Assembly (NCBI GenBank): GCA_000934665.2
Contig: JYFJ02003097.1
Location: 1-46,467, forward strand
Source of the DNA: Catajapyx aquilonaris
Lineage: Eukaryota
DNA: 46,467 nt
Direction of reading: 5' to 3'
A program made the translations under genes and the position numbers. Positions within the stretch are counted from its first letter, which is position 1. Each line of letters starts with the position of its first letter. The notes beneath the pieces were generated by a model. The model ran no database searches, had not been told where the DNA came from, and saw nothing but the letters and a program-made list of their open reading frames with translations. This document shows positions 1 to 12,790 of the stretch, one piece after another.

Positions 1-336
1 TCTCCAGAAGGGTGTTGTCCTTCTAGCTGATAAGGAACCCGAAAAAAAATATTTCACCTTGAACTTCGAGTGACACTTCGAGAGGTTCCCTTGTCAGTTG
101 AATGCCTTGAGGTGATAAATTAAAATTTAATGATGGTCAGGATGCATGAAGAAATTACCGACGTGTACGGTGACTATGCCTAAAATTAGAGAAAGACTTA
201 CCCTTTCATATAATTATGTATGTCTCAGTTTGAGTTTCTCTAGTGAAACTTCTTAATTAAAAAAAGTTTTCAATTACTTTCTGATTCGCCCTCGTATTTT
301 GCCTGTGTTAAAACTTTTTCTTTTTCTTTTTTTCAG

Positions 337-3300
337 GATGAAGGAGATTAACTGCGTGATAGGAGAGATCAATGCAGACGTTCACAGAAGTCAAAGGTCT
401 TGTCACAAGATGCATGCCATCTTCATTGAAAGTGAGAAAAAAGACTTCAGGGGCATGGAAAAGACATTGTCTGCAGTGGCTAAAGCAACAAGGAATACAA
501 ACTGGGAGAGGATAAGGAAAGGTTTTGAGAGGAAGATGGATCAGACTGAGACACAGCAGCAATCTGAATTTGAAAAGCAAAAGGAACAACACTTGGCTAG
601 TGTTACCGAGCTTGAAAATATTACTGGTGATGATGCCAGTGTCTCTGAGAAAGAAGGCCTTATTAAGAAACTGGAAAATGCTGTGAAGGCAAAGGATGAT
701 GAACTGATGGAAGTGAAGGCTCGGTTTGATAAGGTAGGCTACTCCTCAATGACTACAATCATGTTCATTCGTTGTTTTTTTTAAACAAGGGCATGCTGAT
801 AATTTTTGCCTCCACGGCCATAGAATTTTTACTACATGTCACAGGACAATAAGAGGGACATTAAATGAAAGCCTGGAATCTCCTCTTCAAAACCATTTAT
901 TTACATTTTTACATAACCGCCACCCACAACAGTAAACTTGCACCAACAATGTATAGTAAAACTTTTATAAGTCGAAACTCCATGGGACCAGGGAAAAACT
1001 TCGAGTTATAGAAGATTTGAGTTAGAGAAGTTTGGCTTTTTAAAGCACAGAACTCTATAAGGAAGCCTACCTTTATGTCCAGTGACGAAGGGTGTTCAAA
1101 ACTTGAGTTATAAAAATTCGAGTTAGGGAAGTTTATTTCTTATTATTTTATATTGTGACCAACCAAGTTCATCATGTTCTTCGACTTATAGAGAACTTCG
1201 ACTTAGGGAAGTTTGACGTATAGAAGTTTGACTGTCCTAGTTTTTTCCTCCAGTCAACATACAACTCTCGGTTGTGGGAGAGGCACCAAGCCCAAACAGC
1301 AGCCTCAATTTCTTCATTGGAGCTGTATACCGATTGCCCTTCAGGTGTGTCTACATTTTTGGAGAAAGAAAGAAAGAAGTCGTGAGGCTCGAGATATGGG
1401 CTGTATATGCTGGATGAAGAAATGCAGGGGAATTGAGTTTTTGGATGGCATCTGCACTTCTGCAGTGTGATTACGTGTTTTCGTGATCGAGCATTATTGT
1501 GGTGAACAATGATATCCTTTCCTAGGCGCTTCCTGTTCACTTATGCCTGAAACATCTGCAGAGTGATGCACCTCAGAATTCACAGTTTTGCGACTGGTCA
1601 GGAACGCAACATGAACGACACCTTCTCCAGAGACTCGAATTCCCTGCACTTCATCATTCAGCCTACATTCGGTCTACAGCCCATATCTTGTGACCTGCGA
1701 CTTCTTTTTTTCTCCAAAAATGAAGACACATCTGAAGGCAAATCGGTACAACTGAAGAAATTGAGGCTGCTGTTTTCGCTTGGTGCCTCTCTCACAGCCG
1801 GAGGAAAAAACTAGTACATAGTTGGCACAGGTTTACTGCTGTGGGTGGTGGTTATGTAGAAATGTAAATATTAAAAATTCTATGTGCATAGAAGCAAAAA
1901 TGATCAGAATGTCCTCGTATATACTGTGTATAATTCCACACTAATATTCATAAATACAAAATATCATAATCCACCGATATTGGGATAAGGAAGCCATCAA
2001 TGGGCCCTTGTAAAACCTTTTATGCATAAGTGAACTAACTATGTGAAAACATGCAGTGACTGTATGATGTCAATGTGTAATAAAATTACTCTACCTTATG
2101 CTTGTTTCAGATCATAACAGAAGCTTCAGATGCTGAGACCAAGATAAAGCAGGACATTGCTGTGTTGTTATCAGATTTTAATCAACTTCAGGGCAAACTG
2201 CTGAACGAAGAGGAAAAGTGAGTTTCTAGCTATTTTTTTGTGAATCCCTAACAAATACGGTATAATTTAAATTCTAGGATTAAAGGTTTTGAGCTGTGGT
2301 TGCATCAGATGGAGATTTATGATGAAGATTATTCAATCATCATAAACAATTTGAATTCTGAGAAAGAGAAAGAAGCAAAACGTATTGAGATAACTCGAAC
2401 AGCCATAGAACGGGTGACAAAGGTGATTAATGGAATTAAGATAATTGGCAAGGAGTAATGTGAATTAAATCATTTCAGGACCTGGAACTGCTGAAACTCG
2501 AGGAAGAATCAATGGTTTCTGACAATACGCAGCTGAAAAACTGTATTGCTGAGATGAGTTCAGTAGAGAAGGAGGTGTGTGAGTTACAACAGAGTATGGG
2601 TTGGCTCAAGATTGGGGAAGGAAATTTCCAGGAGAAGGTCAAGTGGATGAAAGGAATGTATAGCGATAATGAAACTGCAAAAACTGAGGAATGTGACCAG
2701 GAAGAGGAGGTTGCAAAGTCAGAGTCTGAACTTCAGGCACGTGCAAAGTATGCGACTGAGCTAAAATCAAGATTGGATGAAGTTTTTCAAGACAGCTCTC
2801 GCATGATGGAGGCAGCAGGTATAGTCACACTCAAGCTATTCTTATTTATTAAGATGTACAGGTCTTTATGAACGAGGCATATTTTTCAGTCTCCTTTTAC
2901 CTGATGTGAGTCATTCTGAAAGGTTCCTATTGACAATGAAGGTATGAGGCAATGACAGGTACAAGTTAGTGTGGCAATGTAACATGTATAAGCTTTATTT
3001 GAGCTCTGAAATGTAACACCTGTCATGTTCAGGTAATCACATCAGAAGCACTAGATTGTGCATATCTGTGCCCTTTTAAAGCTTTATGAAAAGTAACAAC
3101 ATGCTGCAAAAAATCACCGTGATTAGTTAAAATATTGTTTTGCAAAATGATGCTTAATTATCTTGACAATCTCACACTCCCTGCGAAAGGATTCTGAACC
3201 TGTGCTTCTCTTTCCCAACCAATGTTTTGAAGTTCCTCTTTACAAGTTAATGACAAAGAAGAGGAACTTCTCCATCTAGTGGAAAATAGGTAGTCCATGA

Positions 3301-6300
3301 GTATGTTTACATGGGCTAAAAATTGGCCTGACCCAGGCTTCCTAAGCAAGGCCATCGCCTTATTAGGTCGCCCGATCCAAAAGGCTTGGGCTGCGCCCGA
3401 CAACGGCTCAAATAAGGCCGGTCTATCGTAGGCCCAGCGGCTACATGGGAGTAAACCGGTTCGCCTAGCATAGGCGGCCGTAGCTAGGCTGATTTTTAGT
3501 CCCATGTAAGCGCACCCTATGTGAATTGACCTTGAAACTGTTGCCGAGATTATTAAAAAAGCTGCATTTTATTTTTTGTCATGAAACAGTTTTGGGCTGG
3601 GACTAACAAGCATTACTTATTTGCACCAAAGAGATATTCAGTATTGAACTGTCATTAATTCCAATACAATTGCCAGTGGAATAACTGCACCTGCTAATTT
3701 ATGCATATTGTACCATATTGTAATAACTCCATTTTAGTTTTCAATTTTTTTTCCTCATTAGTAATTTGAACAGAGAGGGATTACTAACAACATTACTAGG
3801 CTCTTTTGTATGTTCTGGGGATGGATTATAAAATTGCACACATAATTATGCTTTCCCATTTTCATTGCATAAGGGGAAGTCTATGGGGTACCAGGTACGA
3901 TTGTTAGAATGTTCCTGAAAACCACTGATTGTCTGTCTTGCATCTCATGCACTTCACTTGGTAGGCTACCCGATAGATGTCATATTCATTTTACAGAAAA
4001 GAACAAGTCTAGATGTGAAAATTACAATATATTCCTGAACCTTAATTTTCGAGGATTATAAAGAGACAGTGTTGTCATTAAAATGAGATTTTCTTGTAAC
4101 ATATTTTTCTTTGAAAATAATACAAGCATTACTTCACATATCCCATATTTCACAGNNNNNNNNNTATAAGACCCCCCCCCCCCAATGGCTCAAAAAATCG
4201 CCCTACATCGTACATGTGAAAATATACTAAATACATTTTTTTCCTGAATATGACCTTCTGAAATGGGGTGCCCGTGCCTCTTATATGCCATCAAATATGG
4301 TACTTGATTAGAATAAGATTCATGTAACATTTTCAGCCCCCAATCACCCACCCACATATGCACTGGTGCTGCATGCTGGGTTACAAGGCTATTTTTTCCA
4401 GTGTACTGATTACAGAAATACTATGGAGTCAGAATAACCTGTTTTGTTAAACTTTTTTTGACATAATGTAGTAGCTTATGTGCAATAAGCAGAAATTAAA
4501 TTTAGTTTTCCTATTTTCTAATTGTGTAGTCAAGAAGAATATGGAGCTGAAAGAGGAAGAGTCTATGTTGAAAACCCTCTATGATAGTGTGAAGTGTGTC
4601 GCTGATGAGCTTATGAAAGAAGAAAAAATCAAGCAGGAAAGGGCTGAGTCACTGGAGGCAGAGGTGGTCATGTCGAAAGAGGCTGTTGACAAGGAAAAGG
4701 GAAATTATGAAAAACGTGACCAGCTCCTGAAGTGTAAAGAGGCCGAACTGACTCAGGCTCAAATGTCTCTCGAGAAAGTACAGACTGTCTTGGAAGAAGA
4801 CAGGTCAAGAAATACCATGTTGCAGTCTGCGGTGACGGAGACAGAGAAGGTTCTGCGCGAGGAAAGAGAGAAGACCAGAGTCACAAAAGATGATCATGCG
4901 AAGGTTCTGACTGCAATTGAAACTGGAAAGACCATGGAGGGTGCTATGGCCAAGCTGGAAGAAGCAAAGTTGAATTTGCAGGCAAAGGAGCATGAGGAGG
5001 CAGATATTGAAGCCCTAATTCAGAAGGCTCGTGAGAATATTAAGGTAATGCAGGAAGGAGTAAAAGCAGCAGGAAAAGACATGAAGAAAGCTGTGGCCAA
5101 ATTAGAAAAGGAAGCAACGATTAACAGGGAGAGGATGATTGGTGCTGTGAAACATAAGGAGCAGTTAGAGGAAAAAGAGAAGAAATGCAGGACAACAAGA
5201 GAGTTATTAGCAGCTGATGCTTCAAGGGCTGAAGAGGAATACAGACTACTGCAGGAAGACTTGTGTAAATTTGAAGAGACGGAGAAGGATGTGGATTCCA
5301 GAGCTAGAAGAGAAGTGGAGGATATGACGAAGGACTTGGTTGCAGCTGTAAACTCTCTGCATGTATACAAGGCTACTGTGGAGGAGCTACGAGCAGTTGT
5401 GAAAGCCAAGAAGCAAGCACTAAGCAAGAGCATTACCTCAGCAAGGGATGAATGGGCTAAGCTCATGGGAGAGTCAGAGACGGATATTGAAGACTACAAG
5501 AGAGAACGGGCAGCTGAATTGGCAAAAATTAACCTGGCAGTTGAGGAGAAGAAGGCGCTAGTTTCCAAGTTTTCTGAGGATGAAGAGGTAATGCAGAAGT
5601 CAATAGAGAGAGATTAAAACATTTGGGGTCGCCCTTAATTCCAGAGTTAAGTGTTCCATATTGTGCAGTCACAGGGAAGCATGTACACAACACAAATGAC
5701 CTGGCTATTAGGAAAGACGGTGCAATGGTGCAATGACATAAATGTCGTGGAGAGCTAGTCAGTCCTATCCAAGTTGCAGGACTTGATTTCTGCATCCAAC
5801 CTGTCATGATCCAGCTCCTGTCCACTCTGTTTAATTCCGTAGAACAAAACTTGATGCACTTACTACTCCATGATCACTGTAAATGCACCCTTGTGAATAT
5901 TAATGAATATAAGTGCTTGTACTGGGGAAATTTTAAGCCACCGCATTTTCCTCAGTAATATAACTAAGTATTAGGTGTCGTAAATAGCTTTTAGAGATGC
6001 ATATTTTGTAGGGGTAATTGACATTGAGCCCTTCATTGTTAACATACGTAAAATATGTAGAAAATAGTTTTCGTATAGGTTCATCATATTTATAATGAGG
6101 GCCCGGAATGGGCACAAAAAGTCCCGAAATTACTGCAAAAAGTTCAAAAACCATCCCCAAAAAGGCCGAATAGGCATGAAAAGTCGCAAAAAGGCAGAAA
6201 AGGCAAAATAGTTCCCAAAACCACGAAATAGGCCATTTTAGGCACTATAAAACCTACATTTTCCACATCCTGCACTTCTGAAACGGATAGATCTCTTCAC

Positions 6301-9300
6301 AAAATGATCCCAACTGTTAAGGGACTAAATAGGCATTTGCCTAAAAATCCAGACTCTAGTTATAACCAAGATCTGTTATAGCCAAATCGCCACTTTTGCA
6401 AAGAATACACAGGTTTTCTGCTTTCCATATGCCTGTAATGCACACTACGGCATTTATTAAATGAAACTATCCACAAAAATGCAAAATTAGCTCGCCCGTA
6501 AATTAGGAAGGACCAAAAGAAAATCCATAATTTTCTTGTCACCTTCTTGTTGCCAAATACACCAGAAAAAGGATGATTTTGAGTATCATAGATCAGTGAG
6601 AGATGCGAAAATCACCCCCGCTCCAGTATTCTCTGCTTTCCTGGTGTCCTCTGCGTCCATGGTGAATAATAATCATTGCACTGAATCATGTAGAGTGATT
6701 ACTACTTCGTCTACATTTTATGGGTTGTTTTACTTGCATCATCTGCTCTGTCAGTACTACCCCTTTCACAGTGGAATGTGACAACTTTTGCTCATAAAAT
6801 GTTTGTGACAGATGCAAAATAAGTGCTGTACTTATATTTAGTCATAGTGTTAGTAGTATCCTTTCCAGTAATGCAATATAAGCTGATGTTCGTAAGTTTT
6901 GAGAAAACAGTTGATATTTTTACCCTCTTTACTGTTTAGTGTTTACATATTTCAAATTGCAAAGTGAGTGATCCAAACAAAGCTAATGTGCACATTGTAT
7001 GGCACAAAATTCATGTGATAACTGCAGTGAGTTTCTTTCTCATATGGCATGATGCACAGATGAGACATGAAATTTTAGGTTTTTTTTTGGAACATCCCAA
7101 ACACCAGCAGCTGAAAGTTTCAGCTTTCAACTGTTGGTGATGATAATGGGGTTTCAATCAGCTTGGGGATTAAATGAGTAAAAAATATATTGTATACCCT
7201 TTTTGTGTATTACTTACAGATGTACAAGCATCAAATATCTCAGAAAGAAGAGGCATATCAGACTTCCATCAGAAACATTGCTAAGAAGCTGGAAGCAGAC
7301 AAAGAAGCGGCGGCTAAGTTGAAGAAGGAGATGGGCTCACATGCACGGTCTGTTAAGAAGATTCAGAAGGAGCTAGCGAAGACCCAAGACGTTTTCAAGA
7401 ACAGTGAAGTTGACCTGGTGAGTCATGGTGAAGTTTCTCCCATTGCCCGCTTCTGGCACCAAATCCTTTCCACAAAACCTGTCACATAGGCATGGGGAGG
7501 AGTAAAATGTAGTCTTTTGATACCCAAGAACCAAAAAATGCACATGGCGATTCAGTGAAATAGAGGGGTAACTAGTGGTTACTCCTCAGCATACATATTA
7601 ATTTAAGTTGAAATACAACTAGTACAATAGTTGTAGGCATAGGGGTTTGATGAGAACGAAAATTGTGATAATGTATGGGTGGAGGTGGTGAGTCCTAAGA
7701 AGTATGTCAAGAAAGAACTGGTGACTAGAATCATTTGTTTGTGACAAGAAAATTGACATGGGTGCATTTTGTCTCCCAACTTTTTTGTTACTTTTCTGCA
7801 GTAATGTCACTATATTCTGAAAGGTGTTCCTGTACTATACTGTACTGAGCAATTGTGCATTGCATGGGGCAGAAATGCATTAAAATTCTAACTTAGAACC
7901 AAACAGAAGTTTCATTATGGACTAACTTTTGCTGTATCAAGGGTCTGCTAGACTGTATACATTACATCATTTGAGGGGTGTGGTGGAAAAACACGATAAC
8001 CCACAAAGATGTAATTTTTCAGGATCGAGCGAATTTAAGAGTTTGCACTCTTGTCACAAATCAGCATATTACCTGAACTTGTAACACTGGGTTTTATTAT
8101 GTGTATACCCTGACTGTCTGTCTTGTTGTCTATAACTTTTGGATCACTCATTCCTGTAATTAATAGCGATACAGGGTGTAACAAAAGTTTCCACCGCTAC
8201 TCCCGCCGCATGACGTAATCGTAAAGTAAAAAATCAATGTCTCACCAACAGCTCGTGTTAGCCCCATGCCGCCAAGAGCTCTTGATGCTACACATATCAC
8301 TTGAACCGCATTGAAAGACCGCTCCGCCAGATCTGCGCAGCTCCCATAGTCTGGCCTTGCGTAGCATATAACAGCTATGACTATTTCTATGCTACTATTC
8401 GGGGATCAGAAAAAACGTAGTGGTGGAGTTTACTGGTTCAAAGAACGATTATATGCAAAATATTGCTTAGAAACCGATCTAATTAATTGCTAAATTACGA
8501 GAATTAAGCTAAGCTTCATACAATCTCTATCATTGCGCATAGAACCTTTTCCAATATAGCCGCCTTGTAGCCGCCAGAAGATGGCGTCATACGAAAAAGT
8601 CCGACAAAGCACTCGAGCATGTGATTTTTGTGGTGAATTCTGCTTGTTTCGTTTGTGAATACGCCGAAAACCGCATTCATTTACGATTTATAGATTCTTC
8701 GCACAAAATAATCTCAAAGTGAGTGTCCATAAATCCCGAACATGGCGGCCAGAGGGTTAATAATGTCTGAATACAATACATGTAAAACTCTCATATATAT
8801 GAGAATTTTACATGTATTCAGACATGGAAGGATGTAAGGTGTGTAATACATTCAGTATGCATACCATTTCTGTCCAAAGACTGAGCTACACCTCTTCCCA
8901 AACTGTCCACAAGTTTGAATGTACCTCTAGTGTGACAGTTGCTCATTCCTGGTCAACTCTCTTATTAACTGGTCATGATTTTTTAGCGTGGCTTGCTTAC
9001 AGACACTGTCTTACACCTGGCCCACAATATTATTATCAGGCATTGATAACAAAGCACTTGCAAAGAATCTTATTGACAGACAACATTTGCATTGGACATC
9101 TCTCATTCATATGAGCACAAAAGCAGAGTCAGTGAGGATATGGATGGGAACATGAGTCATACAGGGGACAGCATAATAATTGTTCTGGTGATTATGGGAG
9201 TAAAATATAAACATAAAAGTTGAGAGTAACTTTAAAAAACTGAGAATATCCCTTGTATAATATTGAATGGGCCAGAAACCTTTGTTACACCCGGTATTAA

Positions 9301-12154
9301 ATGGAAGAATGTGAAGGGTATAAAAATATGGTGGGTTGTCTGGTTTTTCCGCAAGAGGAAGTGCCAGAAAATATGGTGGGTTATCCTGTAGCCCGTGTTG
9401 CCGTCTCGTCTCTTGTGCGCGATATGTGAACTTTGAGTATACCAAAATGTTTTTCATGTCTTTTACATAGTTGAACTATGTGTTTAGGTCAAAAATGACA
9501 AAAATGTGGGTTATCGTGTTTTTCCACCACACCCCTCATTTATTGTCCTATTGCTATCAACACTGCAGGTTGCACAGAAATGAATAATAATGGTTTTTAG
9601 CTAGACTGGTAATGGTACAACCTGGCCTTTGTGATTTTCTATGCTTATATTCACAGGAGGGGGAGTTGGAGAGCCACGAGAAGATTATTGCAGATATGAA
9701 GCAGTTGTTAGTGACAAAGGAGGGAAAAATGGAAGAGCTCATCACTTCCATGGGCCATGTCAAGAAGCTTGCGGAGGAGCAAAAGGTAGCAAAGGATGCT
9801 GACTTCGCCACAGAAATGTCTCATGCATCCCCTAAGATGACCATGTTTAGAAGCAAGATTTTAGCAAGCCCTGCCAAGGCTCCTACATCAAAAGTGGTGG
9901 CTTCTCCTGCAATGACTCAGAAGCCGTCCTATTTCCTACCTTCAATGACTGGTTCATCCACCACTGCTGCTTCTGGTTCACAGAAGGGATTTACCCCACT
10001 CAACATCATCCAGGTCATTCCAAAGACGAAGAGGCACACCCACGTGTCCAGTGAACCGAGTGCCATTGAGCCAAGGGGCACTACTGAACCTGTGAAAGCA
10101 GTCACACTCCTGGTAAATGTACCCCTAATTTGCAGACTAACATACAATCTTAGTAGACACATTGTGTGGTAAATCCATATGAAGCCGATAACTTTCAGAG
10201 GAAAAATTTTCTGTCCCCACCAATTTTGACAGTGCATGCGCCACTTGAAGGTGTCCTCAGTGAATCTGGCCAAAATTATTTTCTGTAATTGACTTGTCCA
10301 CAGACTTATAGGGTCATGTTTAATGCACAACTATTGTGATTTTTCTTGAATAATTTTCTGTGGCACATGAGTGAAATTAAGCATGGTTGTTTGTAGAGTG
10401 CCCAACACCCCCTTTTGCAAAGTGATAACAACAAAATGCAACTTTCAATGGAATGGTCCATTGCAAAAATTGGTATTCCAGTCCACTTACTTTTTTGGGA
10501 AATCACAAAAAACAGTTTACTGAGACGAAACAAGCTTTTCCTCCTTCTCATGCAGCGTCCTGCTTCTGTTCCTGTTTATGCAGCCAGAGAATAGGAGTGA
10601 TGCCACAATGGGCAAACATTCAACTAACAATTAAAGACTGACACCACTGCTTTCTGGCTGCATGAACAGTAGTCACAATTCTCCTATGACCTTTTTCATG
10701 AAGTTCTATGAGTACTAGCTGTTAACCAAGATAGGCTACTAACAGTGGGTGAATATTCCAACCTTGTGACTTTTTTGTCCTTCTTGTGAGGGTAAGTCAA
10801 TTAGCATGTGATTTTGTGCAGTTTCTTCGCAGCTCAATGACACCTTGACGTATGCCAAGTTAAGTCAATTTGACATGAAGTTGACTAATCACTGCACATA
10901 ACATTTACTGTACACCTGAACTAAATCCAAAATCCTAGGACAAATAATGATTCTTTATCGTTATTTATGGTGCACTGAAGCCACCGCTGCTATTGTGCCA
11001 CAAAAAGTCTAAGTAACAAACAAGTAGGAACTCTTAGTGGCATGCTAGGTAAGATGAATTCGCCTCCTGGTATGTACTATATCGCCCAAAAAGATAGAGA
11101 CGATTTTGCATTTGACTCAAGTGCAACTTGCACTTGAATCAAATGCCAATCGTCTCTATCTTTTTGAGCGATATAGTACTACTTACAATCAATCAGGTCT
11201 TATTTTCTGTGAACTGTAATTAACTTATTTCTGCAGTGTAAGGATTAAATGGAACTGTCTTTATCTACCTTACCATTACCCTTACATCTGTGCAGGACCC
11301 TTCTGAGATCAAGGAAGAAGTCATCTGGGATTCTGATCCTGATGATAACCCGCCCACAACAACCCCAATATTTGGAGATGGAAATAAGAAGCATGTACCC
11401 GAATGTGCACCTTCCAAGTCAAAGAAGGCAAGGAAGCAAGTCCTCTCAGGACTGCAGTCATTTGCCTCCCTCTATCCTCATGGAAACATCCAGCAGGTGA
11501 GTCCATGTCCATACCATACTGACAAACTAATGTGGATTGTCAGATGCATGGTTCATCGTTATGCCTGTATTCCAGTCCTGGGAGGTGCACCCATATTTAA
11601 TTTTTCTGAAATATTTGCTTCACTTTGCTTACTTAGTTCTAGTTGAAGTCGTTGTCTCCTAACTATACCTATGATTCCTTTTAACTCCTTATTCCCTCAG
11701 GTACAACCAGCAAGAGAGATGGTGTCGTTTCATTTGTACTGTTGCGTAAATTGTAGTTCTGCCAAGTTAGAAATTACTCTAGTAGTCATTTTCAGGGCAC
11801 AACGAATGCTTCAGCTAATTCTCCTTGATTTCAATGTACTTTTCTCCAGAAAATTAGTGCATGAATATAGAACCCTGCTTTTATGCATAAAATTGCACCA
11901 GTTCAGTGCTGCACAATTTACCTATGCAGCTGGTTTCATTCACTTGACCATGTTCTTCAGATTGAGACACACGCTTGTCTTTTCCTCAGCCCGTCCCTCC
12001 AGTGCAGGCAACCAGGCGACTTCCTACTGTTCAAGATGCAGAGATGTTCAAGCGTTCGTTGGACAAAGTGTCTTCCAGGCAGAGGAAGAAGAGCTCGGCT
12101 GTAGTGAACAAAAATGGACAACCCATAGAGTGTTTAACCCTTGACTCAGATTGA
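337..12154 (+). CDS. Long coiled-coil protein (~1,020 aa), possibly SYCP1/Zip1-type transverse filament; an upstream exon may lie outside the window
   Basis: GT-AG exons join in frame: 337-733, 2111-2217, 2278-2422, 2479-2818, 4530-5587, 7220-7417, 9657-10112, 11296-11496, 11990-12154 (TGA 12152-12154). ATG at 338 follows an acceptor. E/K/A/L-rich heptad body, then an S/T/P/K-rich tail ending PIECLTLDSD*. Confidence 0.75.
784..1921. mobile_element. Fold-back mariner transposase relic (two inverted degenerate copies of the 3' half)
   Basis: The - strand gives IIVHHNNAR...YSPYLEPHDFFL...SNEEIEAAVWAW, matching mariner HDNARPH and YSPDLAPSDF motifs. 1237-1405 is the reverse complement of ~1675-1814, 898-953 of 1815-1870, and 785-830 of 1873-1920. 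Confidence 0.75.
952..1236. mobile_element. pogo/Tigger-like MITE inserted in the mariner relic
   Basis: Termini TATAGTAAAACTTTTATAAGTCGAA and TTTGACGTATAGAAGTTTGACTGT are inverted; internal TTCGA(G/C)TTA(T/G) subrepeats; it interrupts only the left arm of the palindrome. Confidence 0.6.
3299..3517. mobile_element. ~220-bp MITE with PIF/Harbinger-like termini
   Basis: Left GAGTATGTTTACATGGGCTAAAAAT versus right ATTTTTAGTCCCATGTAAGCGCACCC (imperfect TIR); GC-rich interior in an AT-rich intron. Confidence 0.55.
4165..4282. mobile_element. Partial pogo/Tigger-like MITE end beside an assembly gap
   Basis: Ends GGGGTGCCCGTGCCTCTTATATGCCATCAAATATGGTA; the inverse motif TATAAGACCCCC follows the N run at 4156-4164. 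Confidence 0.3.
5920..6362. mobile_element. Degenerate non-autonomous DNA-element relic
   Basis: Repeated AAAAGGC/AATAGGC subrepeats and terminus AAATAGGCATTTGCCTAAAAATCCAGACTCTAGT; the left end is degraded. Confidence 0.3.
8172..9294. mobile_element. TA-flanked Tc1/mariner-type MITE nested in the Sola-like element
   Basis: TA|CAGGGTGTAACAAAAGTTTC ... GAAACCTTTGTTACACCCGG|TA inverted termini. Confidence 0.6.
8763..8826. repeat. Short palindrome
   Basis: ATGTCTGAATAC(AATAC)ATGTAAAACTCTCATA followed by TATGAGAATTTTACATGTATTCAGACAT. Confidence 0.65.
11074..11179. repeat. 106-bp near-perfect palindrome (hairpin MITE-like)
   Basis: GTACTATATCGCCCAAAAAGATAGAGACGATT...TCAAGTGCAA / TTGCACTTGA...AATCGTCTCTATCTTTTTGAGCGATATAGTAC. 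Confidence 0.8.
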
Positions 12155-12289
12155 AGGAGGAGTCAGTTGCCTCATGATGGCCGTCAAAAAGGGAGTTGTT
12201 TTTTTCTAAGCCAGAGTAAAAGTCCCAGTTTGATAAGTTTTTGTGCATCGTAATAAGCATCACTTTTGCTGTTCATGCGTACATGCTGA

Positions 12290-12790
12290 TTTATGCTTTA
12301 ATGGATTTGCTAACATATTTTTGGTTGCACCTGTTGCATTGATTTTTGTAGTAATTTTCAATGAACTTGGGCGAATAGTTTTGATGTATAGCTTTTGGTG
12401 ATTTGTTGCACATAGCAATCATTGCAGTTCAGTGCACATAATGTATAGATTTTTGTGTTTTTGTTCTCATTTTCAATGAACCTGGGGAAATGCTTTTGGT
12501 GTATAAGTTGGTTACTTTTGTTGCTAATTGCAAATATTGTGTACAGTGTACAAAATTTATTAATTTCTGTGTATTATTATTTTGTTGCTCACTGCAACCA
12601 CTGCAGTTTGGTATGGAAAATGTATTAATTTAATTGTCTATTATTATTTGTAGCCCATTTCAAGTACTGCAGTTTGAACAGTCTGTGAAATTTATTAATT
12701 TCTGTCTATAATTTCGTGTATTTGCCATGAATTTGGGAGAATGCTCAGTTCCGTCAATGTGGTATTTTTGTTGCACTTCGCAGCAACTAT
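12290..12790. repeat. Degenerate ~120-bp tandem repeat downstream of the coiled-coil gene stop
   Basis: Recurring TTTTCAATGAAC(T/C)TGGG..AAT..TTTTG.TGTATA and AAATTTATTAATTTCTGT blocks. Confidence 0.45.

Larger units (their letters stand above)
7973..9537. mobile_element. Non-autonomous DNA transposon, Sola-like (GAG termini, 4-bp TSD)
   Basis: Perfect ~33-bp TIR GAGGGGTGTGGTGGAAAAACACGATAACCCACA at 7973, with its reverse complement ending at 9537; ATTT on both sides (7969-7972, 9538-9541). Confidence 0.8.

Noticed and set aside
140..182. MHEEITDVYGDYA, resembling a mariner N-terminal helix-turn-helix
   Set aside because: Too short to delimit as a feature.
5020..5466. 148-aa minus-strand ORF and similar antisense ORFs over the protease exons and TMEM237
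   Set aside because: These are shadow frames of real exons on the other strand.
11701..11721. Possible 21-nt microexon (VQPAREM) in the coiled-coil gene
   Set aside because: Good acceptor but weak donor; cannot be supported without transcripts.
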